Assembly: GCA_965153285.1 (NCBI GenBank) | Contig: OZ229116.1 | Reading direction: 5' to 3' (one strand) | From: Podarcis tiliguerta | Taxonomy: Eukaryota | DNA length: 64,000 nucleotides | Shown: positions 1-12,541 of the stretch, piece after piece | Position numbering within the stretch: the stretch's first letter is position 1 | Layout of the letters: each line of letters opens with the position of its first letter | The notes under the pieces: model-generated | Seen by the model: only the letters and a program-made list of their open reading frames with translations | Databases searched by the model: none | What the model was told of the DNA's origin: nothing | Program-made: the position numbers and the translations under genes

Positions 1-741
1 CCCGGCAGCAGTTCCGCCATTGCTAGACCCCTGGGGTGAGTTGACTGACAGGCAGTTTTCACATCCTTGGAGTGCCTTTTTTTTATCATCAGTTAAAATA
101 CATGAGCTTCCCAGGGGCTCACTTCTGTTTGTTGGTAACAGAGCTTTTGGGGAGGATAACTTTGGAGCTGGAAGGAAGCAGATGGGCTCCCTTCCAAGCA
201 ACTGACAATGTCAAACAACCGCCAAAGACAACAGGAAATGAGAAGCAACAAGCCTGTTTACATGCCTGCTACTGCAGGGCAAATGAAATAGGTTTTTTTA
301 TTTGTTAATCAGGAGGGAAGGGGAATTTTTCCAGCAGCAGGAAATTAAAACTAACAAAACTGGAAACAAAAATATAGCTGTCTAGCTCAAGACTGCCTAC
401 ACTGACTGGCAGCAGCTCTCCGGGGTTTCAGGCAGGGGACATTCCCAGCCCCACTTGGAGATGCCAGGGAACTTGGATAGCTGAATGGGAGAGAATCTGT
501 TTTGCAGGCAAAATTAGCTTCCAGGTTCAATTCTCAGCATCACACTTCCTGAAATCCTAGCTAGCCAATCAGTGCAGACAAGACTAAGCTAGATAGGCCA
601 ATGGTCAGGCTCAGTATATAAGGCAGTTTACTGTGTTTCCCAGCACGCTTACTTAGCTAATGATGTCAAAGCCAACATTTTATCTGTTTCTTATACTGTA
701 GTGGTTTTAAAAAATGTTTTATACTGTTGTATACCACTTAG

Positions 742-1100
742 GTAAAGGTAAAGGTAAAGGGACCCCTGACCATTAGGTCCAGTCGTGACCAACTCTGGGG
801 TTGTGGCGCTCATCTCGCTTTATTGGCAGAGGGAGCCGGCATACAGCTTCTGGGTCATGTGGCCAGCACGACTAAATCGCTTCTGGTGAACCAGAGCAGC
901 GCACGGAAACACTGTTTACCTTCCCGCCAGAGCAGTACCTATTTATCTACTTGCACTTTGACATGCTTTTGAACTGCTAGGTTGGCAGGAGCAGGGACCA
1001 AGCAACAGGAGCTCACCCCGTCGTGGGGATTCGAACCGTCAACCTTCTGATTGGCAAGTCCTAGGCTCTGTGGTTTAACCCACAGCGCCACCCGCGTCCC
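742..1100 (-). mobile_element. Sauria SINE
   Basis: Reverse complement starts GGGACGCGGGTGGCGCTGTGG, has B-box GGTTCGAATCC and an (ACCTTT)n tail; 15-bp TSD ttgtataccacttag (727-741, 1101-1115). Confidence 0.93.
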
Positions 1101-2737
1101 TTGTATACCACTTAGTAATGCTTAAAATATTGAGCAGTTTAGAAATACTTTTAAATAAATATGGATAAAATATTTAGGGATGGTGATGTAACACATTTTG
1201 TTATTTCACTTTTAGAGCACTAACATGCAGGGCAAAATTTACCTTCTCCCCATGCAAAAAAAAAAAATGAATCATGCCCCTTCTTGGCTCCCAACTCCCA
1301 CCCCAAATATTTATTCTGATGCCATCACAAGATCACAGGCAGGATTTGGGCTGAATCTTGGCAAAATGGTAAAATGACAGTTGTTTTGTGGTTTATGTCT
1401 CCTCAGGCATTTTAAATGCCTACAAAACTTATAGAAAAATTTATATGCACTAGATACGCCATCAGTTTTTGCATAGATTCCTTATTTATGCTATTTCAAG
1501 GGCAGCTGCTTTGGGTACATGAGGTCTCCAGATACTTACACAATGGCCTTGCCTAACTGGGAGCAACAAGACCTGTTAACCAGGGCCATCTGGTTCACTT
1601 GCACTGTTAATCTACACCATGTTCATCACAAACCTTGGCCTCCAATGACATCACCAGCGCAAGCAGAGGCTCCGTGCTCTGTGTCTCTGATGAACAAACA
1701 TATATATTAATATGCCACACAGATCCAAAAGGAGACTCTCTCATATAATGAAAACTTGCCTGTGTCAGATAAGTGCCAGGATTAAATATTTGTTTGTGCC
1801 TCTGTGCCGGGAAAGAGAGGTCACCTTTTAATCTAATGACGAAAACTTAAATCAAAATTGATTTAGAGGGGAAACCTTAATTACACCAAATTGCTACTGA
1901 CTGAAGAACACTAGCTCTAACCCTTTTGTCCTGGTCCTATGCATAAATCTCCGATGTCTTAAATTGAAGTTACTGCAGGAGGAAGAGGAAGAACAACTTT
2001 CAAGCAAAAAAAAAGCTTTTATGTGTAAGGGGGAAATGACTGGAAGGCATTCTTGATGCAGCTGAGCTATAGACACAGAAAATATACACACTCCATCCCT
2101 CAAATGCTGAAACTCTCTATAGAAGTTACCTGCATTTTTAAAAACTTACTTTTAGTAAAGCTGAGATACCCTAAATTCTACACCTATTGTCCATTCTGCC
2201 AGATTCTGGAAACTTACTGCCCAGGAAAATTACTAGGACATGGTGCTTGTTTGCTATTCTGATTTCGTTGTTTGCTGAAAGATAGCCATCTTGAATATCA
2301 AGCATCTACCAGGTGAAAAGGTTATGCTTTTAAAGCTGAAATATGGAGCCTCCAGATGGTGGCTTAACACTGTCAGATGGGTCTTTGGTAAAACAAAAAA
2401 ACTTCTCAGATTTCCCCCAGAAAAGGTAAAATCAAGATAAAATGGTGTTGGTGCCGACAATATTGTGTGGATACTGTGGGGGAAAACCTGCATGCATGTA
2501 GAGCATCCATCCCACAATTAACACCCATAGACTTTGTATGTATATGAAATCAATCTGTAAAATATCTATCATCTTTTCTGTACCTGGCCTTTGAGGTTAT
2601 ACAGGAATGCTAGGACCTACCTTGCACTGAGATGGAGCATATCAACCTTTCCCAACCTGGTGCCCTTCACGTGTTTTGGACTATCATCCTTGACCACTGG
2701 CCATGTTGGCTGAGGCTGATGAAAACTGCTGTTCAAC

Positions 2738-3798
2738 ATATTTGGAGGACACCAGATTGGGGAAAGCTGGCCCAGTTCTCCTCCAGGATTTCAGGCAGAA
2801 GTCTTTCTTCACTCTGCCTGGAGAGATGTCAGGGATTGAATTTAGGAGCTTTTGCATCTGGTCTATCACTGATCTACATACAGTCTTCCCTTGGAAGACT
2901 GTACTTGGGCAAAAAAAATGAGAGGCACAAATACAAGATGGGTGACACCTGGCTTGAGAGCAGTACATGTGAAAAGGATCTAGGAGTCTTGGTTGACCAC
3001 AAACTTGACATGAGCCAACAGTGTGACGCGGCAGCTAAAAAAGCCAATGCAATTCTGGGCTGCATCAATAGGAGTATAGCATCTAGATCAAGGGAAGTTA
3101 TAGTGCCACTGTATTCTGCTCTGGTCAGACCTCACCTGGAGTACTGTGTCCAGTTCTGGGCACCACAGTTCAAGAAGGACACTGACAAACTGGAACGTGT
3201 CCAGAGGAGGGCAACCAAAATGGTCAAAGGCCTGGAAACGATGCCTTATGAGGAACGTCTAAGGGAGCTGGGCATGTTTAGCCTGGAGAAGAGGAGGTTA
3301 AGGGGTGATATGATAGCCATGTTCAAATATATGAAAGGATGTCACATGGAGGAGGGAGAAAGGTTGTTTTCTGCTGCTCCAGAGAAGCGGACACGGAGCA
3401 ATGGATCCAAACTACAAGAAAGAAGATTCCACCTAAACATTAGGAAGAACTTCTTGACAGTAAGAGCTGTTCGACAGTGGAATTTGCTGCCAAGGAGTGT
3501 GGTGGAGTCTCCTTCTTTGGAGGTCTTTAAGCAGAGGCTTGACAACCATATGTCAGGAGTGCTCTGGTGGTGTTTCCTGCTTGGCAGGGGGTTGGACTCG
3601 ATGGCCCTTGTGGTCTCTTCCAACTCTATGATTCTATGATTCTATATCTGGAGGACACCAGATTGGGGAAAGCTGGCCCAGTTCTCCTCCAGGATTTCAG
3701 GCAGGAGTCTTTCTTCACTCTGCCTGGAGAGATGTCAGGGATTGAATTTAGGAGCTTTTGCATCTGGTCTATCACTGATCTACATACAGTCTTCCCTT
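2738..3798 (+). repeat. 155-bp direct repeat (2738-2892 and 3644-3798) flanking the truncated CR1
   Basis: Copies run atat[t/c]tggaggacacc...cagtcttccctt with 2 mismatches. Confidence 0.95.
2903..3645 (+). mobile_element. 5'-truncated CR1 LINE (ORF2 C-terminus, 3'UTR and ATTCTATG tail)
   Basis: About 99% identical by eye (about 8 differences) to 26685-27425 of the long copy. Confidence 0.97.
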
Positions 3799-4196
3799 TT
3801 AAGAACATAGAAATCTGCCTTATACTGACTGAGGTAGACCATTCGTCTACCTTGTGCATTAATTCCTCCAGAACGTAAGGCAGGATACTCTAGCAACCCT
3901 ACTTGGACATGCCAGGAACTGAACCAGGGACCTTTGCATACAAAGCAGATGTTCTACCCGTCAGCTATGGCTCTTACCCTTCATGTCCCCCTTTCACCTA
4001 TCTACAGAGCATCTGTAGCAGGTATGCCATAGAAGTGCCATGCTTAGAGCTGCAGGTTTGTGGGCTGTTTACATCCTGAAAGATGCCACTTCTGGGAAGC
4101 CACCATCCAAATTAACAAGCAGACTGTTTCTTCAGCAGCAGGAAATTTGCTAAGTGTTTTTGTCTCAAATGTGCATAGCCTTTCTTTGAACCTGGG

Positions 4197-4521
4197 CAGG
4201 GCCGGCCCAATACATTCTGGCACCTGAGGTGAACCATGAAATGGCTCTGCTACCTCTGGGCTAGGAAAGAAGGGGTGAGTGAAGGTCTACATCACAAACA
4301 AGGGTTGGAGGAGACCAACAGCCCCTTGTTTTTTGCCAATAGGCTGCTTTAGAGGTGACACAGGGGAGGGGGCTGCTGAGATGGCAGACCCAGCTCTAAG
4401 GAGCACAACACAGATGTTTCTGCCACCATGACAGCAGCAGCAGCAGGTGATGCATTCCTTGGAGGCTGGATTTGCAGATCCTGTGGTCACCTCAGCTTGC
4501 CTCATGGATGGGCCGGCCCTG
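4197..4521. mobile_element. hAT-type non-autonomous element
   Basis: TIRs CAGGGCCGGCCCA/TGGGCCGGCCCTG; degenerate 8-bp TSD aacctggg/aatctagg. Confidence 0.75.
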
Positions 4522-4607
4522 AATCTAGGTTTATGTCAATATCTTTTTTAAAAAACCACCTTAAGACTAACACATATTTTATGGTATGTCTAAGATTTCA
4601 TGGGAAA

Positions 4608-4960
4608 GGGACGCGGGTGGAGCTGTTGATTAAACCACAGAGCCTAGTACTTGCCAATCAGAAGGTCGGCGGTTCGAATCCCCGCAACAGGGTGAGCTCC
4701 CATTGCTCAGTCCCTACTCCTGCCAACCTAGCAGTTTGAAAGCACGTCAAAGTGCAAGTAGATATATAGGTACTGCTCCGGCAGGAAGGTAAACGGCGTT
4801 TCCGTGCGCTGCTCTGGTTCGCCAGAAGCAGCTTAGTCATGCTGGCCACATGACCCGGAAGCTGTACGCCGGCTCCCTCGGCCAATAAAGTGAGATGAGC
4901 GCCGCAACCCCAGTCGGCCACAATTGGACCTAATGGTCAGGGGTCCCTTTACCTTTACCT
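4608..4960 (+). mobile_element. Sauria SINE
   Basis: GGGACGCGGGTGG head, GGTTCGAATCC B-box, ACCTTT tail; TSD taag[a/g]tttcatgg. Confidence 0.93.
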
Positions 4961-6652
4961 TAAGGTTTCATGGACTATAGCCTACTTCATCAGGCACACA
5001 AAGCGTTATCCTGAGTTGCAGAAAGATATACACATGTTTGGATGGGGGGGAATTGTAAAAAGAAAAAGAGGTCATAGGGAAACAAAATACAGAAAAACAC
5101 ATGGATAATTATGTACTTAACAATGGTAACTCACAAAACCCTTCAGCATTTCATTTCAGTCACTTTTTACAATCTCCCAAGCCGTATGCCTATGTGCAAC
5201 TGAAGATAACACTTAGTGCATCAGCTGAAGTGGACTGCAGCCCATAAACGTTTATGCCACCATAAATTTGCTGGTTTTTACGGTGTCACAAGACTCTGCT
5301 GTATTTGCTATAAAAGCTCTTCTTCTGGAAATACAAAGTGTCAGCTTTAATCTCTGGGTTTCATCTGCTCATTAAGAACTCCGTTCTTCACTGGAAAACT
5401 GTAGGCAGATTGCTTGTTACTGGTGATCTGTTCCACCAGGATCATCATATCATTGTAGATCAAAGGAGCCTTTATACTTTCTAAGGCAACAGAGTTACCA
5501 AGCTGGGGGTGGTTAGTTTATTCGTGTCCCAAATCCTTGTTTCCACAAACAGCACATGATTATTATTTTTTAAAAAAAGAAGAGCAATTGAATAATTGGC
5601 AGTAACTGCCTACATCTGAACTGGCAAGGTTGTGCATGGACACGATTTTAAGACTGATGCAAATTTAATTCAGGGTTTGAATTAAATCATGAATGCTGTA
5701 GATGTGCAGGGGGGGAAAATAATACAAAGGCACAGACCACAAAAGACCAAAGACAAACAACCGCCAGAGCAATTTTATGAATTGACTGGGATGAGCCTCT
5801 GACAATTCTGAGATGTTAAGAGTGAGGGAACTACAAAAAAAGGAAAGTGTCAGTCAGCTCCCTGCCAGGATCCATGAAAAAGAGCCCCTGATGGGATGGG
5901 AGAAGAACCTCAAAATATCTGTCAACTGTGTGTCACTCACAGTGCCTGCTCCAGAGCCCTTAGACAAGGCATCCCTCAGCAAGCCTAGCTCCTTTACTGC
6001 CAGCATCACCCGTTGCTCCAGTTTTGTCATACCATTGTAGTTGCTCTCCAGGCAACCAAGCAGGTTGTGATGGTAAGGCGAAGGGGCAGGTACAGGGGCC
6101 GTTTGTCAGTGGGATGTGGGTCCAGATCTCAATTATTAAAGAGATGAAGCTATGCAGACAATGGCAGGCCAACTCCTATCAATCCCAGCCAGCATGGCCA
6201 ATGGCCAGGGAAGATGAGAGCTGTGATCCAGCAACATCTGCAAGGCTGCAGGTTCCTCATCCCTGCTGCATAGGGGAATGGAGGGCCCAGTCCCAGCATC
6301 TGAAAAAGTGGTTAGCACATACCATCCATCAACTGTCAGAACCTATCATCCCTTACAACTGTGTGAAGCCCACCTAGCTTAGGCTGAAGGTTTATGGGTC
6401 CACCATGTGGAAAATCTACTTCGAGCTGCAGGGTTCCATTCTGTCAAATTGCGGAGAGGGCGCTTTGAAAGAAACAGCACTGGAGAACGCAGTCAGGAAA
6501 TGCAGAAAGGTGAGCTTTATAACTTGCCACCAACTATCATATTATGGGTTTGTACCCACCATAAACCACAGGACAGTATGAACCAGCACCTGATAAGCAA
6601 GTGCCTTCTTCTGCATTAGCTGGAGGGGATAATGGTGACTTTTTTTAATGTA

Positions 6653-6894
6653 CAGTGGTACCTCGGGTTACATACGCTTCAGGTTACATACGCTTCAGGT
6701 TACAGACTCCGTTAACACAGAAATAGTGCTTCAGGTTAAGAAATTTGCTTCAGGATAAGAACAGAAATCAGGCTCTGATGGTGCGGCGGCAGCAGGAGGC
6801 CCCATTAGCTAAAGTGGTGCTTCAGGTTAAGAACAGTTTCAGGTTAAAAACGGACCTCCAGAACGAATTAAGTACTTAACCCGAGGTACCACTG
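6653..6894 (+). mobile_element. Tigger/pogo-like MITE (about 240 bp)
   Basis: TIRs CAGTGGTACCTCGGGTTA...TAACCCGAGGTACCACTG after TA; four copies in the window. Confidence 0.9.
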
Positions 6895-9571
6895 TGCTAG
6901 GTTTTTTGTAAACAGTTGTAAACTGCAGTTATGCGCAATAGCTGATGCAGGGGAGATTCCCAAGGGATCATTAACATGCTTGGAAATGTGAAAGTTCAGC
7001 TGAATGCAGACAAAAGAACTGGCAGCAACTAATCCGTCACTTGAGTAGATCTCAAAACATACAGAAGTAACACAGGGATGCCAATACCAGATCCCCATCC
7101 AAGGCATAAATAGAGCTATTGAGAGAGTTTGGCACCAACACCAAACTTAGAAGCACTTCGTTGGCGAGTTACCAGTGTGCCCATCATCCTCTCATTCTTG
7201 GCATTCAGTGAGCCAGCATGTCACATGACAATAAACAGAGCAAAACCAAATTAAGTGTGTTACTTAAATTGCAAAATGCCAAATACATTGTCAGTGCTAG
7301 GAAGTGCAGCTCTGCTTCTTTTAACTGCAACTGAAAAATGCAGGGGAAAGGACAAGAACTCCATCCATCTAAAGCTGAGAAGTGTGGGCAAATCCATTTT
7401 TGTGTAGACTGCCTGAATAGCCTTTGAGAAGCTTATTGAGAAAGTAGGAAGGAAGATGGAGTATCTCTGAGATTCTGGAATCAACAGTTTTGCTTCTGCC
7501 AGATAGGGAATTTGCCAGGGAGCTGGCCACTCAGAAAAAAAGCATAACAATGTGAGTGAGTGTTATGTATTTTATATATAGGCACACACATGGGCAGAAG
7601 AGTATTGCTTGCCTTCTTAATGTATTCCTGCATTGCAGGGGGTTGGACTAGATGACCCCCCCTTCCAACTCTACAATTCTATGATTAATTCTTCACATCC
7701 TCTAGTTAAGCTGCTGTTTGGGAGCTGAAGCAATTCTCCCAAGGGGAAGATTTGGGGTTCTTTTAAGTTTAGGAAAGCAGCAAGTAAGGGGAACATGCTA
7801 AGAGAAATATAAAATGATTGCATAGTGTGGAGAAAGTTGATAGTTGTTCTTTATCTAGCTTTATGAGGTCATTCAGTAAATCTGCATGGGATATCCTGGA
7901 TAGACATAAGTACTTTTTCACCCAGCACATAACTGAGCAATTTATCTCCAGGTGTGGTGACAGTCACCAACTCAGATTGCTCTAAAAGGGGATTAAATGA
8001 ATTTGTTGTGGAGGGTAAGGCTTTCAGTGCCTACTAGTCATGGTGGCTTAATATGCCTTCTTGAGAATCATCATGTCCTGAATGCCATTTGCTGGAGAAC
8101 AGCAGTGGGAGAGGGCTATTGCTCTCCTGCTTTTTGACGTCTTGTAGATATCTAGTTAAGACCTTCAGAAACAGGATGCTGGACTAAACAGGCCCTTGGT
8201 CTGATCCAACTTTCCAATTGATGTGTGAGCCATGTCTGTTTTGAGTGGAACATGGAAATTAAGACTGTGGTAAGCAGCTGAAACATTTCTGAGGAGCTAG
8301 AACAATCTTGCAGCACAGGCCTCCTCGCATACAGATATTAGAATTCCATTCTATAAATATGATCGTAAGTCGTTAGAAATTTAATTCAGAACTTTTCCCA
8401 CATTTCTGAAATTATACTAGATCAAAGGATGGTGGATATCTCTAGAGATCTACTGTGGGTACATAAAAAGCACCCCCCCCATGTTTTAATGCGTAAAAGA
8501 GTAAAATAATTTTATGTAAGCTAGTTCTTTTTAATACATAGAGCTGTGCACAGGAAAGTGTTTTCTGGCCAACAGTTATTTTGTTCTGAACATAATGTTC
8601 TTCCCATCAATATGGTACATTCAGACAGAAATACACCCAAAGGTGTTAAACCATTTTCTCCATAACTTTATTTTTTTAGCACTGCTTAGAAAGAACTAGC
8701 CTCTAGTAAAGTTTAGCTTATGTAAAACAGTAATTAAATTACTGGATGTCATAACAGATTGCAGTTCGTCAATAATGCTACACTAAGCCTTCGTGCCATC
8801 AGATGCACTTGCTGAAGGTTAGGAGAAAAGGGGAGAAACCTCTGCATAAGTTATATTTAGTTGAGATATATAACTGAAGTGGCTTATCCAAGGAATCATG
8901 ACAGACCAGGCTATAGCAGCCGTGCAAACGTCATGTGGAGTACTCCTGGGTGGAGGAAGGAAAAATTCCTGAATACAACAGCCCTAATGTAAAAGCCAGT
9001 TTTCAGAAGGCAAGCAACCTTTAAAAATATCTCTTGAAGAATAATGGGAAGCCAGGAAGTGAGGCAAAACGTCTTTAGCATTCACTATTTTACTTCAGGC
9101 ATAAACACAACACTTCAGGCATATGGTCTTAAATTCCTGTTAGAAATCCTAAGAACATTTGAAAAATATACCCAAAGTATTTTACCAATTAAGGACCCTA
9201 AGAACAATTACTAAGTAACCATGCTTATTATCAATGCACCTTATAGCATGTGTACTTTTTTATTGGAAATATCTAGGGAACGATTTGGAAATCTGTTCGA
9301 TGAAGTAGGGCAAGTTTAGCAGACATATAAAAAGCCACGAAATGGAGACTTCAGTAAAATAATGACTTCTGGCATTTATATGGGTACCCAGCAGCTTGGT
9401 CAGCAAATTCACCAATGAATGGCTAATTTCACTACTCCCATTTCCCCTTTGGAAAGTCAACAGGGAAGTTAAACAGGTTTTAAACAGGGTTACCTAACAT
9501 GTACCCTACATTAGAATCATTTAGCTCAAGGGAAGGCACCATTTACACGCAGAACCTAGCATAAGATATGC

Positions 9572-9706
9572 CAGGCTTCCTCAACCTCAGCCCTCCAGAT
9601 GTTTTGAACTACAATTCCCATCATTCCTGACCTCTGGTCCTGCTAACTAGGGATCATGGGAGTTGTAGGCCAAAAACATCTGGAGGGCTGAGGTTGAGGA
9701 AGCCTG
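9572..9706. mobile_element. Palindromic hAT MITE
   Basis: TIRs CAGGCTTCCTCAACCTCAGCCCTCCAGATG...; perfect 8-bp TSD agatatgc. Confidence 0.9.
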
Positions 9707-10269
9707 AGATATGCTATCAGAGCATAACTGAAATGAGACTTGTTTTCCTACTGAAGGGAATGACCAGAAAACAATCACATGGGAGGGAATAACAGGGCTC
9801 TTAGTTTGTTTCACAAAGCTACACCTTGCTTGAGTTTTATTGTGAAACTACTGAAGTCCAATTTCCTTATTCACTACTATATATTTTTAAGTTTGCTTTT
9901 CCTTAAAGCCAGTATCTGAACAACATTGTGCCCCCATTGCCTCAGCTGTTTCCCAAAATGCAGCCCAAAGCCACATATTCCACCTACTGTGAATTTGGGG
10001 CAACAAAATAAAATGGAGGAAACTAAATCAGTGAACAAGGCAAAGGAAAAAAGCAAAACTAGTTCTGTTCTAGCTCATATACCAGCTATTTATTCCAATT
10101 GCAGGTTGTCTTGAGACAGGACAGCTTTACTGTGTGCATCTTCATAATACCACACATTAATTCTGCTATTTTAGATATAAATCCACTGATCAAATCTGAC
10201 ACTTTACACCATCTCAGAAAGGCAAACCAATAGTTCAGTGAATCCTAATAACAACTCTAATGCATTGAT

Positions 10270-12541
10270 ATTCATATAATAATTTTATTGAAGTCTACTA
10301 AAAGATATTTGTTCTTAAGATCTTATCACGTGATGTTCAGAAAGCCACAATGCTGTTTCAGTTCATTGCATACATATTTTGGGAGTCTTCAGTTAAATCT
10401 TGTTCACCTTGCATTTTACAAAGTTGCCCCCACACCAAGTGCTAAACATACAGGATGAGGGTTCAATTTGTTAAGACTAGTACCAAACCAAAATAAGACA
10501 TTTACACGTACTGTACATTTCACAAGTAACATAAGGAGGTCTGGATAATGTAACAGTTTAGAATTATTTTGTAGCCAACACATAAAATAAAAGAAATTGA
10601 CCTAGCCAATGATATTTAGTCGTATTGCATGTACAAAGGCAATGAAGATTATAAGCTGCTTGGTTTTGTCATTAGCACAATAAAAACATTCAGGTTAGGG
10701 TCTGGAAAAATAGGATAACTTAATTACTTTTCTTGCACACAAAGGGAGATTTGTCAAAGCTATGGACAGGACTTCGAATGTGTAGGTTACTTCATAAGCA
10801 TATGAAGTAAGAATATCTTCTGACACTTGCATTTTCAAACCTGTTACTTTATAAGCACGTATGTCCTTCAGTGCACAGAAAAAAGAAAAGGGAACATTAC
10901 TGCTAAGGAACTTAAGTGCTGGAATAAAGTATTTTGTAACAGGAATACTCTGGAAGCACTATTCCTTGACTCTCTTTTTAAGCATCCACATGGTCAAGAA
11001 CACCAACATTCTTCAGAATGTGTCAGCTCAATAGCTATGTGAAGAGGAAGATTTAAAGTAGAATGCTTATTAGCTATTTAGAGAAGCACAAAGAATGTTA
11101 ATTTTATCTACAAGTGCTTCATATTTAGGCAATAGCTAGTCAAAGTAATGTTTGCATAATGCTTTCTATCATAGCTATACTACAGTTTAATAATAGCAAA
11201 AAAAGCAATTTATTTTGTTTTTATATTGGGAGAAGTCTTAAATATTACACTGTGCTTCAGAACATAAAACTTGTGGTTGCCAAAAATGCTTTTTATCTGA
11301 CAATTCATAAGCATTCTATGCGACAGTGGCACAAAGCTTTGTGATGAAACATGCACTTTTAGGAGTTTTTTGGATGCAATCAAATGTGCACAACTAACAA
11401 TGATATTTTGAAAGGTGTTACAATTAATGTGGGAATGCCAGTAGGAGGAGCATGCAGCTGTTTCCCCATTACTTGACCTATTTACAAATCTTATCACAAT
11501 GCTTTCTTCAAAAGCCGACGTGAGAACCATGTTATATGGATATGCTTTTGCGTCGTGATACTTAAAATATCCAAAACACCAACCAAACTGTCACTCAAAC
11601 TACAACATATGTGACTACACTAGTTTACAAAGTCACTACTAATTGCCTAGATTCAAACACAAGACCAGGGACTTATGACTGGAAATAGGTTTGGTACAAG
11701 TCAAGACTGTTGCTTGCCATGTTTTTGCAAGACAGCCCTATTGAAAATTAGCTCAAGTTTCAGAAAACGTATAATCATAGTTTCATAATGCAAGTCAAAG
11801 TTCTTTTGCATGTCCCCCATAGTTAACCCATTTTCTCATCATCATTTATTGCCCATTGAACTGTGCAAAATATAATCTTCTCAAAGTAAGTCATCTGGTG
11901 CAAAATTTTATTCCACTACTATGTTTGGACAGGCTTAAGGTATTTATGGCTTAGACTTACTCTTTTTAACAGTGGTATTCTAGGCATGTGTTTCAAATGA
12001 TATATCATTACTCAAGACCAAGAGAATAGCTTCTATCAAGACATTTGCCAACCAGTTAAAAAGTTCTCTTCCTTTCCTAAAGGGAAGACACCACAGCTAC
12101 TTTGTAAATAAAAAAGTCATCAGCCCTATTTAAATTCAAATTTACAACCAAGTTACCCTCCAATGTACTGTATAGTTACTGGAGATACCTAGCTATACAG
12201 ATATTTACATGTGACAAAACACACAATATTTTTTTTTGCCTTGCAAGACATTGCACTGATGCATACAAAGCCTTTACTTCTCCACCAAGAAATCCCAAAT
12301 TACAAGCCACTGTTCAAGCAGATAGGTTGAATAGTGCAAAGTTGTCCCAAGTTGTTCTGCTCTCTTGTTAGCTTAATTCGAAAACCCTTTGACCATTGCT
12401 CGATTTGTGCAAATTATACTTGCTTCAACTGTAATTCTGACGGCCAGAGATTAATCAAATAAGTTTCACTATCATGTCATGCAGTCAGTACTGGCCATTT
12501 TGTTCTGTGAAAACTTTGGTTCACACATTTCAGTTTAAAAT
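10270..12541 (-). other. PDP1: Probable PDP1 3'UTR
   Basis: AT-rich stretch with no recognisable repeats downstream of the stop. AATAAA on the minus strand near 11845, 11208 and 10284. The true end is uncertain. Confidence 0.55.

Noticed and set aside
2632-3639. 335-aa ORF as a novel or domesticated gene
   Set aside because: It is a chance read-through from flanking repeat DNA into a truncated CR1 ORF2, plus loss of the ORF2 stop (TGA to TGG). It has no RT core and no promoter evidence.
1-9500. Exons of a neighbouring gene such as CDH17, expected from mammalian synteny
   Set aside because: No cadherin-like or other coding exons were recognised; the region is repeat-rich intergenic DNA.
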